60,541 bases of DNA from an uncultured Chlorobiales bacterium (GTDB lineage Bacteria; Bacteroidota; Chlorobiia; Chlorobiales; Thermochlorobacteraceae). This document shows, in pieces, positions 29,570 through 38,634 of the stretch. The position numbers were made by a program, and so were the translations under genes. The stretch covers positions 1 through 60,541 of the forward strand of contig CALKXI010000053.1 of NCBI GenBank assembly GCA_938003965.1. The letters are read 5' to 3'. The first letter of the stretch is position 1. Each line of letters begins with the position of its first letter. The notes under the pieces are model-generated. The model did not search any database. It was given only the letters and a program-made list of their open reading frames with translations, and was not told where the DNA came from.

Positions 29570-31006
29570 ATGGCTAAGCACATAACGCTTTTCAGGCTTT
29601 GTGCACTCCTTTTGTGTGCGTCGCCTGCATCAGCCCAATCAACACAGCCTACTGTTCCTACCGATACGCTCACGCTTGAACGATGTATTCAACTTGCCAT
29701 AGAAAATTCGTTTGCTGTCTTGCGAGCCCAAAACACGCTCGAGCTTACAGGCACAGCATTAGTTCAAGCATACGGGCAGTTTCTGCCTGATTTGCGTGTC
29801 AATGTTGGGTTTACACCACTGACAGTTAATAACAGTTTGCAAGGTCAGTTGAATCCCCTTGATAGCACGCTCTTTTTCAACTTGCGCGGTTCAGAAGGCA
29901 AGAGTGCAAACTATAACATCAGTTCCTCGCTCAACCTCTTTAATGGATTCTCTGATGTTGCCGGTTTGCGCCGAGCGATGAAGCAAAAAGATGCCGATAC
30001 GTATTCGCTCACACGAGCCAAGCAAGACATCGCGTTCAATGTGGCTCAAAGTTATTTGCAAGTGCTTTTGAACGAGGAGCTTTTGCACATTGCACGGGAA
30101 AATTTGAAGTCCTCGCAAGAGCGATTGCGGCAGTTCAGAGAGCAAACGCGTGTCGGTTCGCGTGCTATTGCGGATTTGTATCAACAAGAAGCACAAGCGG
30201 CAAACGATGAACTGACCGTAATACAGCGCGAAAACGCCTTGCGTAACAGTAAAATTTTATTGCTCCGACAAATTCGCGCCGACCTTGAAAAAGAATATGT
30301 CTTTGCCATTCCGCCAAGTGATACCGTCATTTTGGGCGTTGAATTTCAGAATGTTGCTCGGCTCATTGAATCTGCGCTTGCAACGCGTGCTGACTTGAAA
30401 GCGCGTGAAAAAGCCATTGAAGCAGCGCTATGGGCAGTTCGCGCTTCCGAAGGCAACTATTTGCCAACACTGAGCCTGAACTTTAACTACGGCGCAAACG
30501 CATTCACGCAAGAGCGTTTGACGATTGACGGACAACCGCGTCCGCCCGCCGTTCTGCCAGATTTTACCCGACAGTTGCGCGACCAAACAAGCTACAACAT
30601 CTCGCTCAATTTGAATTGGAACATCTTTGACCGATTCTCGCGTGAGTTGCAACTCCAACAAGCCAAAATCAATGAGAAGAATGCGCAGTTGGCTTTTGAA
30701 GAATTGAAACTTCAAATTATCGGCGAGGTCAAACAAGCACTCGGCGATTACAATGCTGCGGTCTTGCAACTGGCCGCAAGCGAAAAAGGTTTAATTTCTG
30801 CTAAACAAGCCTACGAAACCATCGCAAAGCGATATGAGGTTGGCTCAGCAAATTTTGTTGAACTCATCACGCAACAAGCAGCTCTCGTTCAAGCACAATC
30901 AAATCGCGCACAAGCCTTGTTTAACTTTACTTTCCAAAAGAAAATTCTCGAATACTATCTTGGCACGATTGATTTAAGGAAATACGAGGTCGGTGCAAAG
31001 CATTGA
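29570..31006 (+). CDS. TolC-family outer-membrane efflux protein
   Basis: 478 aa. Signal peptide ...CASPASAQ and duplicated OEP-type coiled/beta repeats (LTLERCIQLAIENS..., RADLKAREKAIEAA...). Confidence 0.8.
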   Translation: MAKHITLFRLCALLLCASPASAQSTQPTVPTDTLTLERCIQLAIENSFAVLRAQNTLELTGTALVQAYGQFLPDLRVNVGFTPLTVNNSLQGQLNPLDSTLFFNLRGSEGKSANYNISSSLNLFNGFSDVAGLRRAMKQKDADTYSLTRAKQDIAFNVAQSYLQVLLNEELLHIARENLKSSQERLRQFREQTRVGSRAIADLYQQEAQAANDELTVIQRENALRNSKILLLRQIRADLEKEYVFAIPPSDTVILGVEFQNVARLIESALATRADLKAREKAIEAALWAVRASEGNYLPTLSLNFNYGANAFTQERLTIDGQPRPPAVLPDFTRQLRDQTSYNISLNLNWNIFDRFSRELQLQQAKINEKNAQLAFEELKLQIIGEVKQALGDYNAAVLQLAASEKGLISAKQAYETIAKRYEVGSANFVELITQQAALVQAQSNRAQALFNFTFQKKILEYYLGTIDLRKYEVGAKH

Positions 31007-31042
31007 CGCATTCGAACAAAATTTTAACCACTTTAACTCTCT

Positions 31043-32434
31043 ATGGCGATGTTTGCAGAAACAGAGACAACGATTCAAGCAACGTCATCAAAGATGACGA
31101 CGGAATCCACTGCCAAGCCCAGTGGCAAGAAAAAACAACCGAAGCGCAAATGGTTCTGGATAGGTGTCGGCGTCAGTCTTCTTGTGCTGATTGTGATTGG
31201 CGTGTTTGGCGGTAAGAAACCGCCACCATTGACTGTCAGCACTGAAAAAGCAACGGTGCGCACCATTACGCAGATTGTCTCGGCAACAGGGAAAATTCAC
31301 CCGCAGACGGAAGTGAAACTTGCGCCCGAAGTTTCAGGCGAAATTGTTGCCTTGCCCGTCAAAGAGGGAGACGCGGTCAAGAAAGGGCAGCTGCTCTTTC
31401 GCATCAATCCCGAAGTAACAAAAGCACAAGTCGAGCAAGCCGCTGCGGCGCTCTCTGCCGCCAAAGCGCAAAACCTGCAAGCCAAAGCGCAACTTTTGCT
31501 CCGCGAAGATGAACTCCGACGCGCCAAAGAACTCTATAATCAAAAACTCATTTCGGAATCCGAATACCTGACAGCGATAACCAACGCCGAAGTCGCCAAA
31601 GCCAACTACGAAGCCTCGCTCTTTGATATTCAACGCTTGGAAAGCCAACTGCGCCAACAGCGTGAAAACCTCTCGCGCACGACGGTTTATTCACCTATCG
31701 ACGGGCACATCACGCTCCTGACGTCCAAACTCGGCGAGCGCGTCGTCGGCACCAGCATGATGACAGGCACAGAAGTAATGCGCGTTGCCGATTTGAACCA
31801 AATGGAAGTGCGCGTCGATGTCAATGAAAACGATATTGTGCTCGTCAAACTTGGCGACACTGCGCGCATTAGCGTTGATGCATATCCCAATCAAAAATTC
31901 ACAGGCGTCGTCTATGAAATCGCAAACATGGCTAAAACCACAGGCGCAGGCACGCAAGAACAAGTAACAAACTTCGAAGTCAAAATTCGCATTACCGACC
32001 ATCAAGGCAAACTGCGCCCCGGCATGAGTGCAAATGCTGACATTGAAACCGAGACAGCAACCAATGTGCTCACCGTTCCCATTCAAAGCGTAACAGTGCG
32101 CAACATTGAGGAAGGATTGAGTGCCGAAGAACTGGCTGAACAACGAGAAATGAAGGACCGTCAATCGGGAGATAACACCTCTACAGTGGCGAAAAATCAA
32201 GCCCTTCAAGCACGTGCCGATAGAGAAAAACTCTCACGAGTTGTCTTTGTCAAAGAAGGCGACATCGTGCGGATGAGAAAAGTCGAGACGGGCATTGCAG
32301 ACAATACCTATATGCACATTAAATCAGGCTTGAAAGAAGGCGAAGAGGTCGTCTCTGGACCTTATCGCGCCATCAGCCGCGAACTCAAAGACAGCACGAG
32401 GGTAAAGCTCGAAGTTACATCGATGAAAAAGTAA
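31043..32434 (+). CDS. efflux periplasmic adaptor (HlyD/MacA family)
   Basis: 463 aa. N-terminal TM anchor, lipoyl-like hairpin (SGEIVALPVKEGDAVKKGQLLFRI ... SPIDGHIT) and a long coiled coil. Confidence 0.8.
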   Translation: MAMFAETETTIQATSSKMTTESTAKPSGKKKQPKRKWFWIGVGVSLLVLIVIGVFGGKKPPPLTVSTEKATVRTITQIVSATGKIHPQTEVKLAPEVSGEIVALPVKEGDAVKKGQLLFRINPEVTKAQVEQAAAALSAAKAQNLQAKAQLLLREDELRRAKELYNQKLISESEYLTAITNAEVAKANYEASLFDIQRLESQLRQQRENLSRTTVYSPIDGHITLLTSKLGERVVGTSMMTGTEVMRVADLNQMEVRVDVNENDIVLVKLGDTARISVDAYPNQKFTGVVYEIANMAKTTGAGTQEQVTNFEVKIRITDHQGKLRPGMSANADIETETATNVLTVPIQSVTVRNIEEGLSAEELAEQREMKDRQSGDNTSTVAKNQALQARADREKLSRVVFVKEGDIVRMRKVETGIADNTYMHIKSGLKEGEEVVSGPYRAISRELKDSTRVKLEVTSMKK

Positions 32435-32470
32435 ACCGACATTTCACTACGACAGAAGAGGAACTGTGAT

Positions 32471-33205
32471 ATGGAGCAGCACACACTCAGACCTAAGGGC
32501 GACCTCGTCATTCACATTCAAGGGGTAACCAAAGAATACAAAATGGGCGACGAAATCGTCCGCGCTTTGCGAGGCGTCGACTTATCCATTCATCGAAATG
32601 AATATGTCGCAATCATGGGTCCCTCAGGAAGCGGCAAATCAACCATGATGAACCTGCTCGGCTGTCTGGATACACCGACTTCAGGCAAGTATGAGTTCAA
32701 CGGCAAAGATGTTGCCACAATGGAAGACGACGAGTTGGCTGAAATCCGAAATAAAGAAATCGGCTTTGTGTTCCAAACCTTCAATTTACTTCCGCGCTCG
32801 ACAGCTCTGCAAAATGTCGAGTTGCCGCTTGTCTATGCCGGTCTCCCAAGTGAAGAGCGTCGCGCAAAAGCCTTAGCCGCACTGCAAAGCGTTGGGCTTG
32901 GCGACCGTGTTCATCATAAGCCAAACGAACTTTCAGGCGGACAGCGACAGCGCGTCGCCATTGCCCGTGCCCTCGTCAATAATCCCTCTATTATTCTTGC
33001 CGACGAGCCAACGGGAAATCTGGACACGAAAACCAGCGTGGAGATTATGAACATCTTTGAAACGCTTTACGAACAGGGCAATACGATTATCGTCGTTACC
33101 CACGAAGAAGACATTGCACGCCACGCGCGGCGCATTGTGCGCTTGCGCGATGGACTCATTGAAAGCGACCGACTCATTTCCGAAATGGAATTTGCCAAAG
33201 CGTAA
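32471..33205 (+). CDS. ABC transporter ATP-binding protein (MacB/LolD type)
   Basis: 244 aa. Walker [10 protein letters not shown], signature LSGGQRQR, Walker [12 protein letters not shown]. Confidence 0.9.
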   Translation: MEQHTLRPKGDLVIHIQGVTKEYKMGDEIVRALRGVDLSIHRNEYVAIMGPSGSGKSTMMNLLGCLDTPTSGKYEFNGKDVATMEDDELAEIRNKEIGFVFQTFNLLPRSTALQNVELPLVYAGLPSEERRAKALAALQSVGLGDRVHHKPNELSGGQRQRVAIARALVNNPSIILADEPTGNLDTKTSVEIMNIFETLYEQGNTIIVVTHEEDIARHARRIVRLRDGLIESDRLISEMEFAKA

Positions 33206-33208
33206 CAC

Positions 33209-33961
33209 GTGAGAACAGATAAACTCGCATACCTTTGGCTTCAAGAAATTCCCGAAGGATTTTTCTCGCTGATTGGGCGCAATAAGTCTGACAAGAATCA
33301 CTACCAGTTTCAATCCGTTGAACTCAAAGAAGCATCGTTTCGTATTGATGGCGTTTTTGTGCCACAAACAGATGACCTCACTTACTTTGTTGAAGTTCAA
33401 TTTCAGCGCGATAGCACCTTCTATGCTCGATTGTTTGCGCAAATTTTTCTTTATTTGAAACAATTTGGTGGCTGTCGCTGGCGCGCCGTTGTGATCTATC
33501 CTGATAGAAACACTGAACAGACAAGCCTTGTTGGATATGAAGAGATGCTTCAGACTGGCTTAATTCAGCGCGTTTATTTAGATGAACTGCCGAGCCTGAA
33601 ACAGTTGGACGCCGAAGTTGGTATCTTCAAGTTGATTGTAGAGCCTGAAACGACTGCAATCAAAGAGGCAAAAAGTTTGGTCGAGCGTGCGCCTGAACAT
33701 TTGGATTTTGTTGAGCGAGTCATCTTCTACAAATTCAAAAACTTATCACGAAAGGAGATTTTGAAAATGCTAAGCATTAGGGAAGAGTTCGAGGAAGAAC
33801 TGAAAAAAACAAGAGCCTATCAAGAAATCTTGGAAGAAGGTCGGCAAGAAGGGAAACTGCGAGCAGTTGCTTTCCTTCGCGAGTTGGGTGTATCTGATGA
33901 AGTAATTGCCGAGCGATTAGAGTTGCCGCTTGATGAAGTGAAGAAAGTCCAATCCAAATAA
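33209..33961 (+). CDS. Rpn-family (DUF2887/YhgA-like) PD-(D/E)XK nuclease with DUF4351-like C-terminus
   Basis: 250 aa with a GTG start. N-terminal MRTDKLAYLWLQEIPEGFFSLIG...YQFQSVELKEASFRIDGVFVP...YFVEVQFQRD is the DUF2887/Rpn pattern (D...E-V-Q core). The C-terminus EEGRQEGKLRAVAFLRELGVSDEVIAERLELPLDEV is DUF4351-like. Lies 3 nt after the ATPase stop and 6 nt before the permease start. Confidence 0.7.
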   Translation: MRTDKLAYLWLQEIPEGFFSLIGRNKSDKNHYQFQSVELKEASFRIDGVFVPQTDDLTYFVEVQFQRDSTFYARLFAQIFLYLKQFGGCRWRAVVIYPDRNTEQTSLVGYEEMLQTGLIQRVYLDELPSLKQLDAEVGIFKLIVEPETTAIKEAKSLVERAPEHLDFVERVIFYKFKNLSRKEILKMLSIREEFEEELKKTRAYQEILEEGRQEGKLRAVAFLRELGVSDEVIAERLELPLDEVKKVQSK

Positions 33962-33967
33962 CGAACT

Positions 33968-35215
33968 ATGCGCCAATGGTTTTACGAGTTCGCGGAAAGT
34001 TGCCGCATTGCCTACGCGCAAATCATGGCAAACAAGGTCCGTTCCTTTCTGACGGCTCTTGGCGTGATTATCGGCATTCTTGCCGTTACCCTTATGGGCA
34101 CTGCCATCAACGGAATTGATAAAGGATTTGAAAATAGTCTTTCAATGATTGGCTACGACGTGCTCTACGTTCAAAAATGGCCTTGGGCAGACAACAGCAA
34201 TTCGTGGTGGATTTACCGCAATCGCCGGCCTATCAAAACAGAATATGCTGATGAAATTAATCGCATCATTGAGGCTTCACCTCGCACTGAACTTGTTACT
34301 GCTGTGCCACAAGGCGTCAAATTTGCCGCCGTTAAACGCAACGATAGGCAAATCAATACGGTCTTTCTAATGGGCACAACAGAAGAGTATCCGCGTATTT
34401 CAAGCGTCGATATCAAAGAAGGTCGCTTCTTTAACGGCGTCGAAGAACGCGGCGCAAGGCAAGTTTGCGTGATTGGATACGACATCGCTGAAGGTTTATT
34501 CCCTAACGAAAGTCCCATTGGTAAAACCATTCAAATCGCCAATTTTCAATGCGTTGTCCTCGGTGTGATTGAAAAGCAAGGTAAGTTTTTAGGCTTGTTC
34601 AGTTTCGATTCGCAAGTGATTATGCCCTTGGGAACACTAAAAAAACACTTTGGGGCTTCGCGCGACGACCGCGTGGTGGTCAAAGTCAAAGACAAAACCC
34701 GAATCGCAGAAGCCAAAGATGAACTCACAGGCATTATGCGCCGCGTGCGAGGGCTTAAGCCAGAAGTCAAAGATGATTTTTCAATCAACGAACAAGAAGC
34801 ATTCAAGAGCACGTTAGACCCCATCAAGAACGGCATTGCATTGGCAGGGCTGTTCATCACAGGGCTTTCGCTTTTCGTTGGCGCAATCGGAATTATGAAT
34901 ATTACTTTCGTGAGCGTCAAAGAGCGCACCAGAGAAATCGGCACGCGCAAAGCATTAGGCGCAAAGCGTCGCACGATTCTCATGCAGTTCTTGGTCGAAG
35001 CCGTTGCAATTTGCATCGTGGGCGGCGTGATTGGGCTTGTGCTTGCCTTCGCATTGAGTTTAGCCATGCAAGCGGCGAATTTTCCCGCAGAGTTTTCGCT
35101 CTCGCTCGTGCTGGGCGCAATGTTGGCGTCCATACTCACTGGTGTGATTTCAGGCTTTGCGCCCGCCTATTCGGCTTCAAAGTTAGACCCTGTTGTCGCA
35201 CTGCGCTATGAATAA
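33968..35215 (+). CDS. ABC transporter permease (MacB-like periplasmic domain + FtsX)
   Basis: 415 aa. N-terminal TM, large periplasmic domain, C-terminal FtsX-type three-TM block (ERTREIGTRKALGA). Confidence 0.85.
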   Translation: MRQWFYEFAESCRIAYAQIMANKVRSFLTALGVIIGILAVTLMGTAINGIDKGFENSLSMIGYDVLYVQKWPWADNSNSWWIYRNRRPIKTEYADEINRIIEASPRTELVTAVPQGVKFAAVKRNDRQINTVFLMGTTEEYPRISSVDIKEGRFFNGVEERGARQVCVIGYDIAEGLFPNESPIGKTIQIANFQCVVLGVIEKQGKFLGLFSFDSQVIMPLGTLKKHFGASRDDRVVVKVKDKTRIAEAKDELTGIMRRVRGLKPEVKDDFSINEQEAFKSTLDPIKNGIALAGLFITGLSLFVGAIGIMNITFVSVKERTREIGTRKALGAKRRTILMQFLVEAVAICIVGGVIGLVLAFALSLAMQAANFPAEFSLSLVLGAMLASILTGVISGFAPAYSASKLDPVVALRYE

Positions 35216-35231
35216 CTAATCCGCTCCAACG

Positions 35232-36467
35232 ATGGAATACAAGGAAATTGTGTCAATGGCATTTGCATCACTGCAAAGCAACAAATTGCGTTCAGGACTG
35301 ACCATGCTCGGCATTACCGTCGGCGTCTTTTCCATCATTGGCGTTATGACCATTCTCGGCGCACTGCAAACCACGATTGAAAAAGGACTCTCCGAACTCG
35401 GCACGAACACGTTTCAAATTCAGAAATATCCTGCAACGCTCTTCGGCGGCGGCGGCATAGATAGAACCAAATACAACAACCGCCGCGACATCACCTACGA
35501 CGAAGCACAACAGTTCAAACGCTTGATGGGTAACGATGCGAAAATTGGACTTGAACTCTCAACAGGCGCAAAGCAAGCCGTCTATCAAGGCAAAAAAACA
35601 AATCCTAACCTTCGCTTAGCAGGTGGCGACGCCAACTACATCACCAACAACAGCTACACCCTCGCCTACGGCAGAAACATCAGCGATGAAGACGTGCTCT
35701 ATGCGCGTAGCGTGATTGTAATCGGCGACGGCATTCAAAAACTACTCTTCGAGTCGGAAAATCCTATCGGCAGAGAACTGAAATTCGACGGAAGAAACTA
35801 CACCATCATCGGCGTCTTGGAACTCAAAGGCAGTGCATTTGGACAGGGGCAAGATAACTTCGCACTGATTCCCATCTCACGATTTCTCATTAACTACGGG
35901 CGCGCACAGCGAAGCATTAACATTACGGTTCAAGCCCCGTCGCAAGAAACCTATCAAAGCACCATGGATAAATCGATTGGCGCAATGCGAATCGCTCGTG
36001 GATTGCAGGCGGAAGATTTGAACGATTTTGAAATCTACGCCAATGATTCGCTCGTCAAACAGTTTCAAGATTTTGCGGGCGTCATTCGCATCGGCGCATT
36101 CGTCATTAGCTTCATCTCGCTTCTCACTGCTGGCGTTGGCATTATGAACATTATGCTCGTGAGCGTTACAGAACGCACAAAAGAAATCGGCATACGCAAA
36201 TCTATCGGCGCGAAAAAAAACAACATCTTAACACAATTTTTAATTGAAGCGACCGTGCTTTCAGTGTCGGGCGGCTTGCTCGGCATTTTCGTTGGCGTCG
36301 TGCTTGGAAATGTGGTTGCCGCTTCGATGAGCGCGCCGTTTGTTTTTCCGCTTGATTGGGCGGCAATTGGCTTGCTGGTTTGCTCTGCAATCGGCGTTGG
36401 CTTTGGTTTCTATCCTGCCTACAAAGCCGCTTCGTTAGACCCTATCGAAGCCTTACGGTTTGAATAA
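35232..36467 (+). CDS. ABC transporter permease (MacB-like periplasmic domain + FtsX), second copy
   Basis: 411 aa, paralogous in architecture to the preceding gene (ERTKEIGIRKSIGA). Confidence 0.85.
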   Translation: MEYKEIVSMAFASLQSNKLRSGLTMLGITVGVFSIIGVMTILGALQTTIEKGLSELGTNTFQIQKYPATLFGGGGIDRTKYNNRRDITYDEAQQFKRLMGNDAKIGLELSTGAKQAVYQGKKTNPNLRLAGGDANYITNNSYTLAYGRNISDEDVLYARSVIVIGDGIQKLLFESENPIGRELKFDGRNYTIIGVLELKGSAFGQGQDNFALIPISRFLINYGRAQRSINITVQAPSQETYQSTMDKSIGAMRIARGLQAEDLNDFEIYANDSLVKQFQDFAGVIRIGAFVISFISLLTAGVGIMNIMLVSVTERTKEIGIRKSIGAKKNNILTQFLIEATVLSVSGGLLGIFVGVVLGNVVAASMSAPFVFPLDWAAIGLLVCSAIGVGFGFYPAYKAASLDPIEALRFE

Positions 36468-38537
36468 TCAAAATCTCGCACGAAGTCCTAACCCAAACAC
36501 GCTTGGAGAATTGGTGTTGAATCGGTCGTTGCCGGTTCCGACGCTTTCAACGCCATCGCGATACAAGTTTGCAAAGCGCGCCGCAAGTTCGACTTGCTTG
36601 AAAAGTTGATAACGCAAGTTAAGCAAGAGCCGCCTCCCTGTGCCAAAGTGCGCGTAAATGGTGGCTAAGAGCGGCAGGTCGTATTCGTAAGCGTAAATGG
36701 CGGCGTCGAAGGCATCAACTTGAAAAACAGCAACACGCGCATCAAGCGAAAGCCGATTTTGAAGTGCGTCGATATTCGCCTCTTGATAAATCAGCCAGCC
36801 GTTAAACGCTTCTTTCCCACTCACGAAGGTTTTTTCCACTTGTTTGTATTCCAAGCGCGTGCGCAGGCGCAGTTGCGATGAGACTTGATAAACGAAATCC
36901 GTCCGCACCCGTGAAAGCACGACAGGCACAGCGATTCGATATTCGCGATTGAAATTATCAACCTGCGTGAGCGCGTCTTCGGTGTATTTACGCTGAACAA
37001 GCGGCTCAATGAGCAAATTGCGCGTAGGTTTGTAAGAGAGTTGAAAAAGCAAATCGTCGCCCGACCACGCAAGCACCGTGCTAGCGTTGATAAACGGAAT
37101 GCGGAAAATATCGTAGTAGCCACGCACCGAAACTTCCTCGTTCAATTTCATTTGCACGCCGAAATAAATGCCTTCTTCGTTTCGCGCTTGTGAGCCGCGT
37201 TCCGCAAAGGCATTGGCGTAGGGCGAATAAAAGGCTTGTGAATACTTGCGTGCAAGGAGAATCGTTTTTAATCGCTTTTGAAATTTTCCTTCTAACCCAA
37301 CGACGAGCGAGTTAGCATCTTGTTGGAGCGAGCGTGCCACTTCGCCGAAGAGTGTGAAGTTGTAAAGTGAAAAATCCCAATTCGTAGAGGCGACGGTAAT
37401 GCGTGAGCCGTTGAAGCGAAAAGCGTTGGCAATCGTTGGCGCAGGTTGAAAGGGTAATGAAAATTCGGACTCGTAGAGCGTTGCGCCAACTTTGAAAAAG
37501 GTTTGCGCCGTTCCAAATGCATAACTTACATGCCCGCCGAGGGTCGTTTGACCGACGCTGTTTCTTCGGTTGAGTTCAGTTTCGGTGCGATGCAGTCCTG
37601 AAAAGTCAATGCTGGTGAAGGCAGTGTCGTTGGTGGTGGCAGAAAGGCGATTGTTGGAGTAGAAGAAAATCGTTGTCAAGTCGCCGAATTTCAGTTCGGT
37701 AGCGACGCCGCGAAAAAAGTTTTGCTCAACAGTTGAAGCGTAAAGTCGGACGGGGTTTCGTGAAACTCGGGCAGTTGTAACGGCTTCGGCACTTTTGAAG
37801 AAGGCGCGTCCGCTGTTGATAGCAAGCCCTTGTCCAAACGAGAGGTTATAGTCGCCAATGACGAGCGTTTTCAGGTTATAGATGTCGCGCACTTGAAAAC
37901 TGGCGGAATAAAAATCGGTCAAATTTGGTTCGCCAACATCTTTTTCGGTGAGTGCAGAGACCGCAAAGTTTTCGGAGAGAAAGGCTTGAACACGATTGTA
38001 GGCTTTGAACGAAGAGCCTTGATAGCGTCCGTTCAAAATGCCTTGCCGAGCGGGCGATTCAAAGCCGCTACGCGCAAGATACTCAATGCGTAGTTGCTCG
38101 CCGAGCATGCCGTTTTTGTAATCGCTAATAAAAGCAGGCTCGAACGGATTGCGATAGAGCCGTGCATCGCCGACAGTTACGAAGTTTTCAATCAATCGAT
38201 AAGTGTCTTCGTCCAAAATCTCGCGCAACGATTCAACACTCGCAATGAGGTTCACTTCTTTGCGATACGACAAAATCCGCTGTGCATCGGTCGCTGAAAG
38301 AAACGGAATAGAAAGCAGGCGGGAAAAATCGGCGGTGTTGAGATTGACTTTTTGGCGACGCAGGAAATTGAATTGCTCCAAGAGTTCGCTGTTGCCGCTT
38401 TGTTCATCGGAAAGGTCTAAAAGTCGATCGAGCGTTTGGGTTGGAATCTCATCGTCAGCCTCTTGTGCGTATGCTGAAAGCACTGTCAGCGTCATCAAAC
38501 ACATTATGAGCGCATAGATGTGGAGAACGGGCTTCAT
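36468..38537 (-). CDS. outer-membrane protein with N-terminal helix-hairpin-helix (ComEA-like) motif
   Basis: 689 aa. Signal peptide ...LSAYAQ and an HhH-like KVNLNTADFSRLLSIPFLSATDAQRILSYRKE. The remaining ~550 aa are beta-barrel-like and end in ...GLGLRARF. Confidence 0.6.
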   Translation of the reverse strand: MKPVLHIYALIMCLMTLTVLSAYAQEADDEIPTQTLDRLLDLSDEQSGNSELLEQFNFLRRQKVNLNTADFSRLLSIPFLSATDAQRILSYRKEVNLIASVESLREILDEDTYRLIENFVTVGDARLYRNPFEPAFISDYKNGMLGEQLRIEYLARSGFESPARQGILNGRYQGSSFKAYNRVQAFLSENFAVSALTEKDVGEPNLTDFYSASFQVRDIYNLKTLVIGDYNLSFGQGLAINSGRAFFKSAEAVTTARVSRNPVRLYASTVEQNFFRGVATELKFGDLTTIFFYSNNRLSATTNDTAFTSIDFSGLHRTETELNRRNSVGQTTLGGHVSYAFGTAQTFFKVGATLYESEFSLPFQPAPTIANAFRFNGSRITVASTNWDFSLYNFTLFGEVARSLQQDANSLVVGLEGKFQKRLKTILLARKYSQAFYSPYANAFAERGSQARNEEGIYFGVQMKLNEEVSVRGYYDIFRIPFINASTVLAWSGDDLLFQLSYKPTRNLLIEPLVQRKYTEDALTQVDNFNREYRIAVPVVLSRVRTDFVYQVSSQLRLRTRLEYKQVEKTFVSGKEAFNGWLIYQEANIDALQNRLSLDARVAVFQVDAFDAAIYAYEYDLPLLATIYAHFGTGRRLLLNLRYQLFKQVELAARFANLYRDGVESVGTGNDRFNTNSPSVFGLGLRARF

Positions 38538-38634
38538 CGTGTCAGGCTGTGGGTTAAAATTGTTAAGAAATTATTACGTTGCGAATCCTCTGCATGATAG
38601 TAAGATAACTTTTTCAACGCGAACATTTCTGACA

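Noticed and set aside
29374-29577. 67-aa ORF filling the gap between the TPR/low-complexity gene and the TolC-like gene.
   Set aside because: It has no motif and no SD, its composition is hydrophobic and odd, and it overlaps the TolC-like start. The region is more likely the efflux operon promoter.
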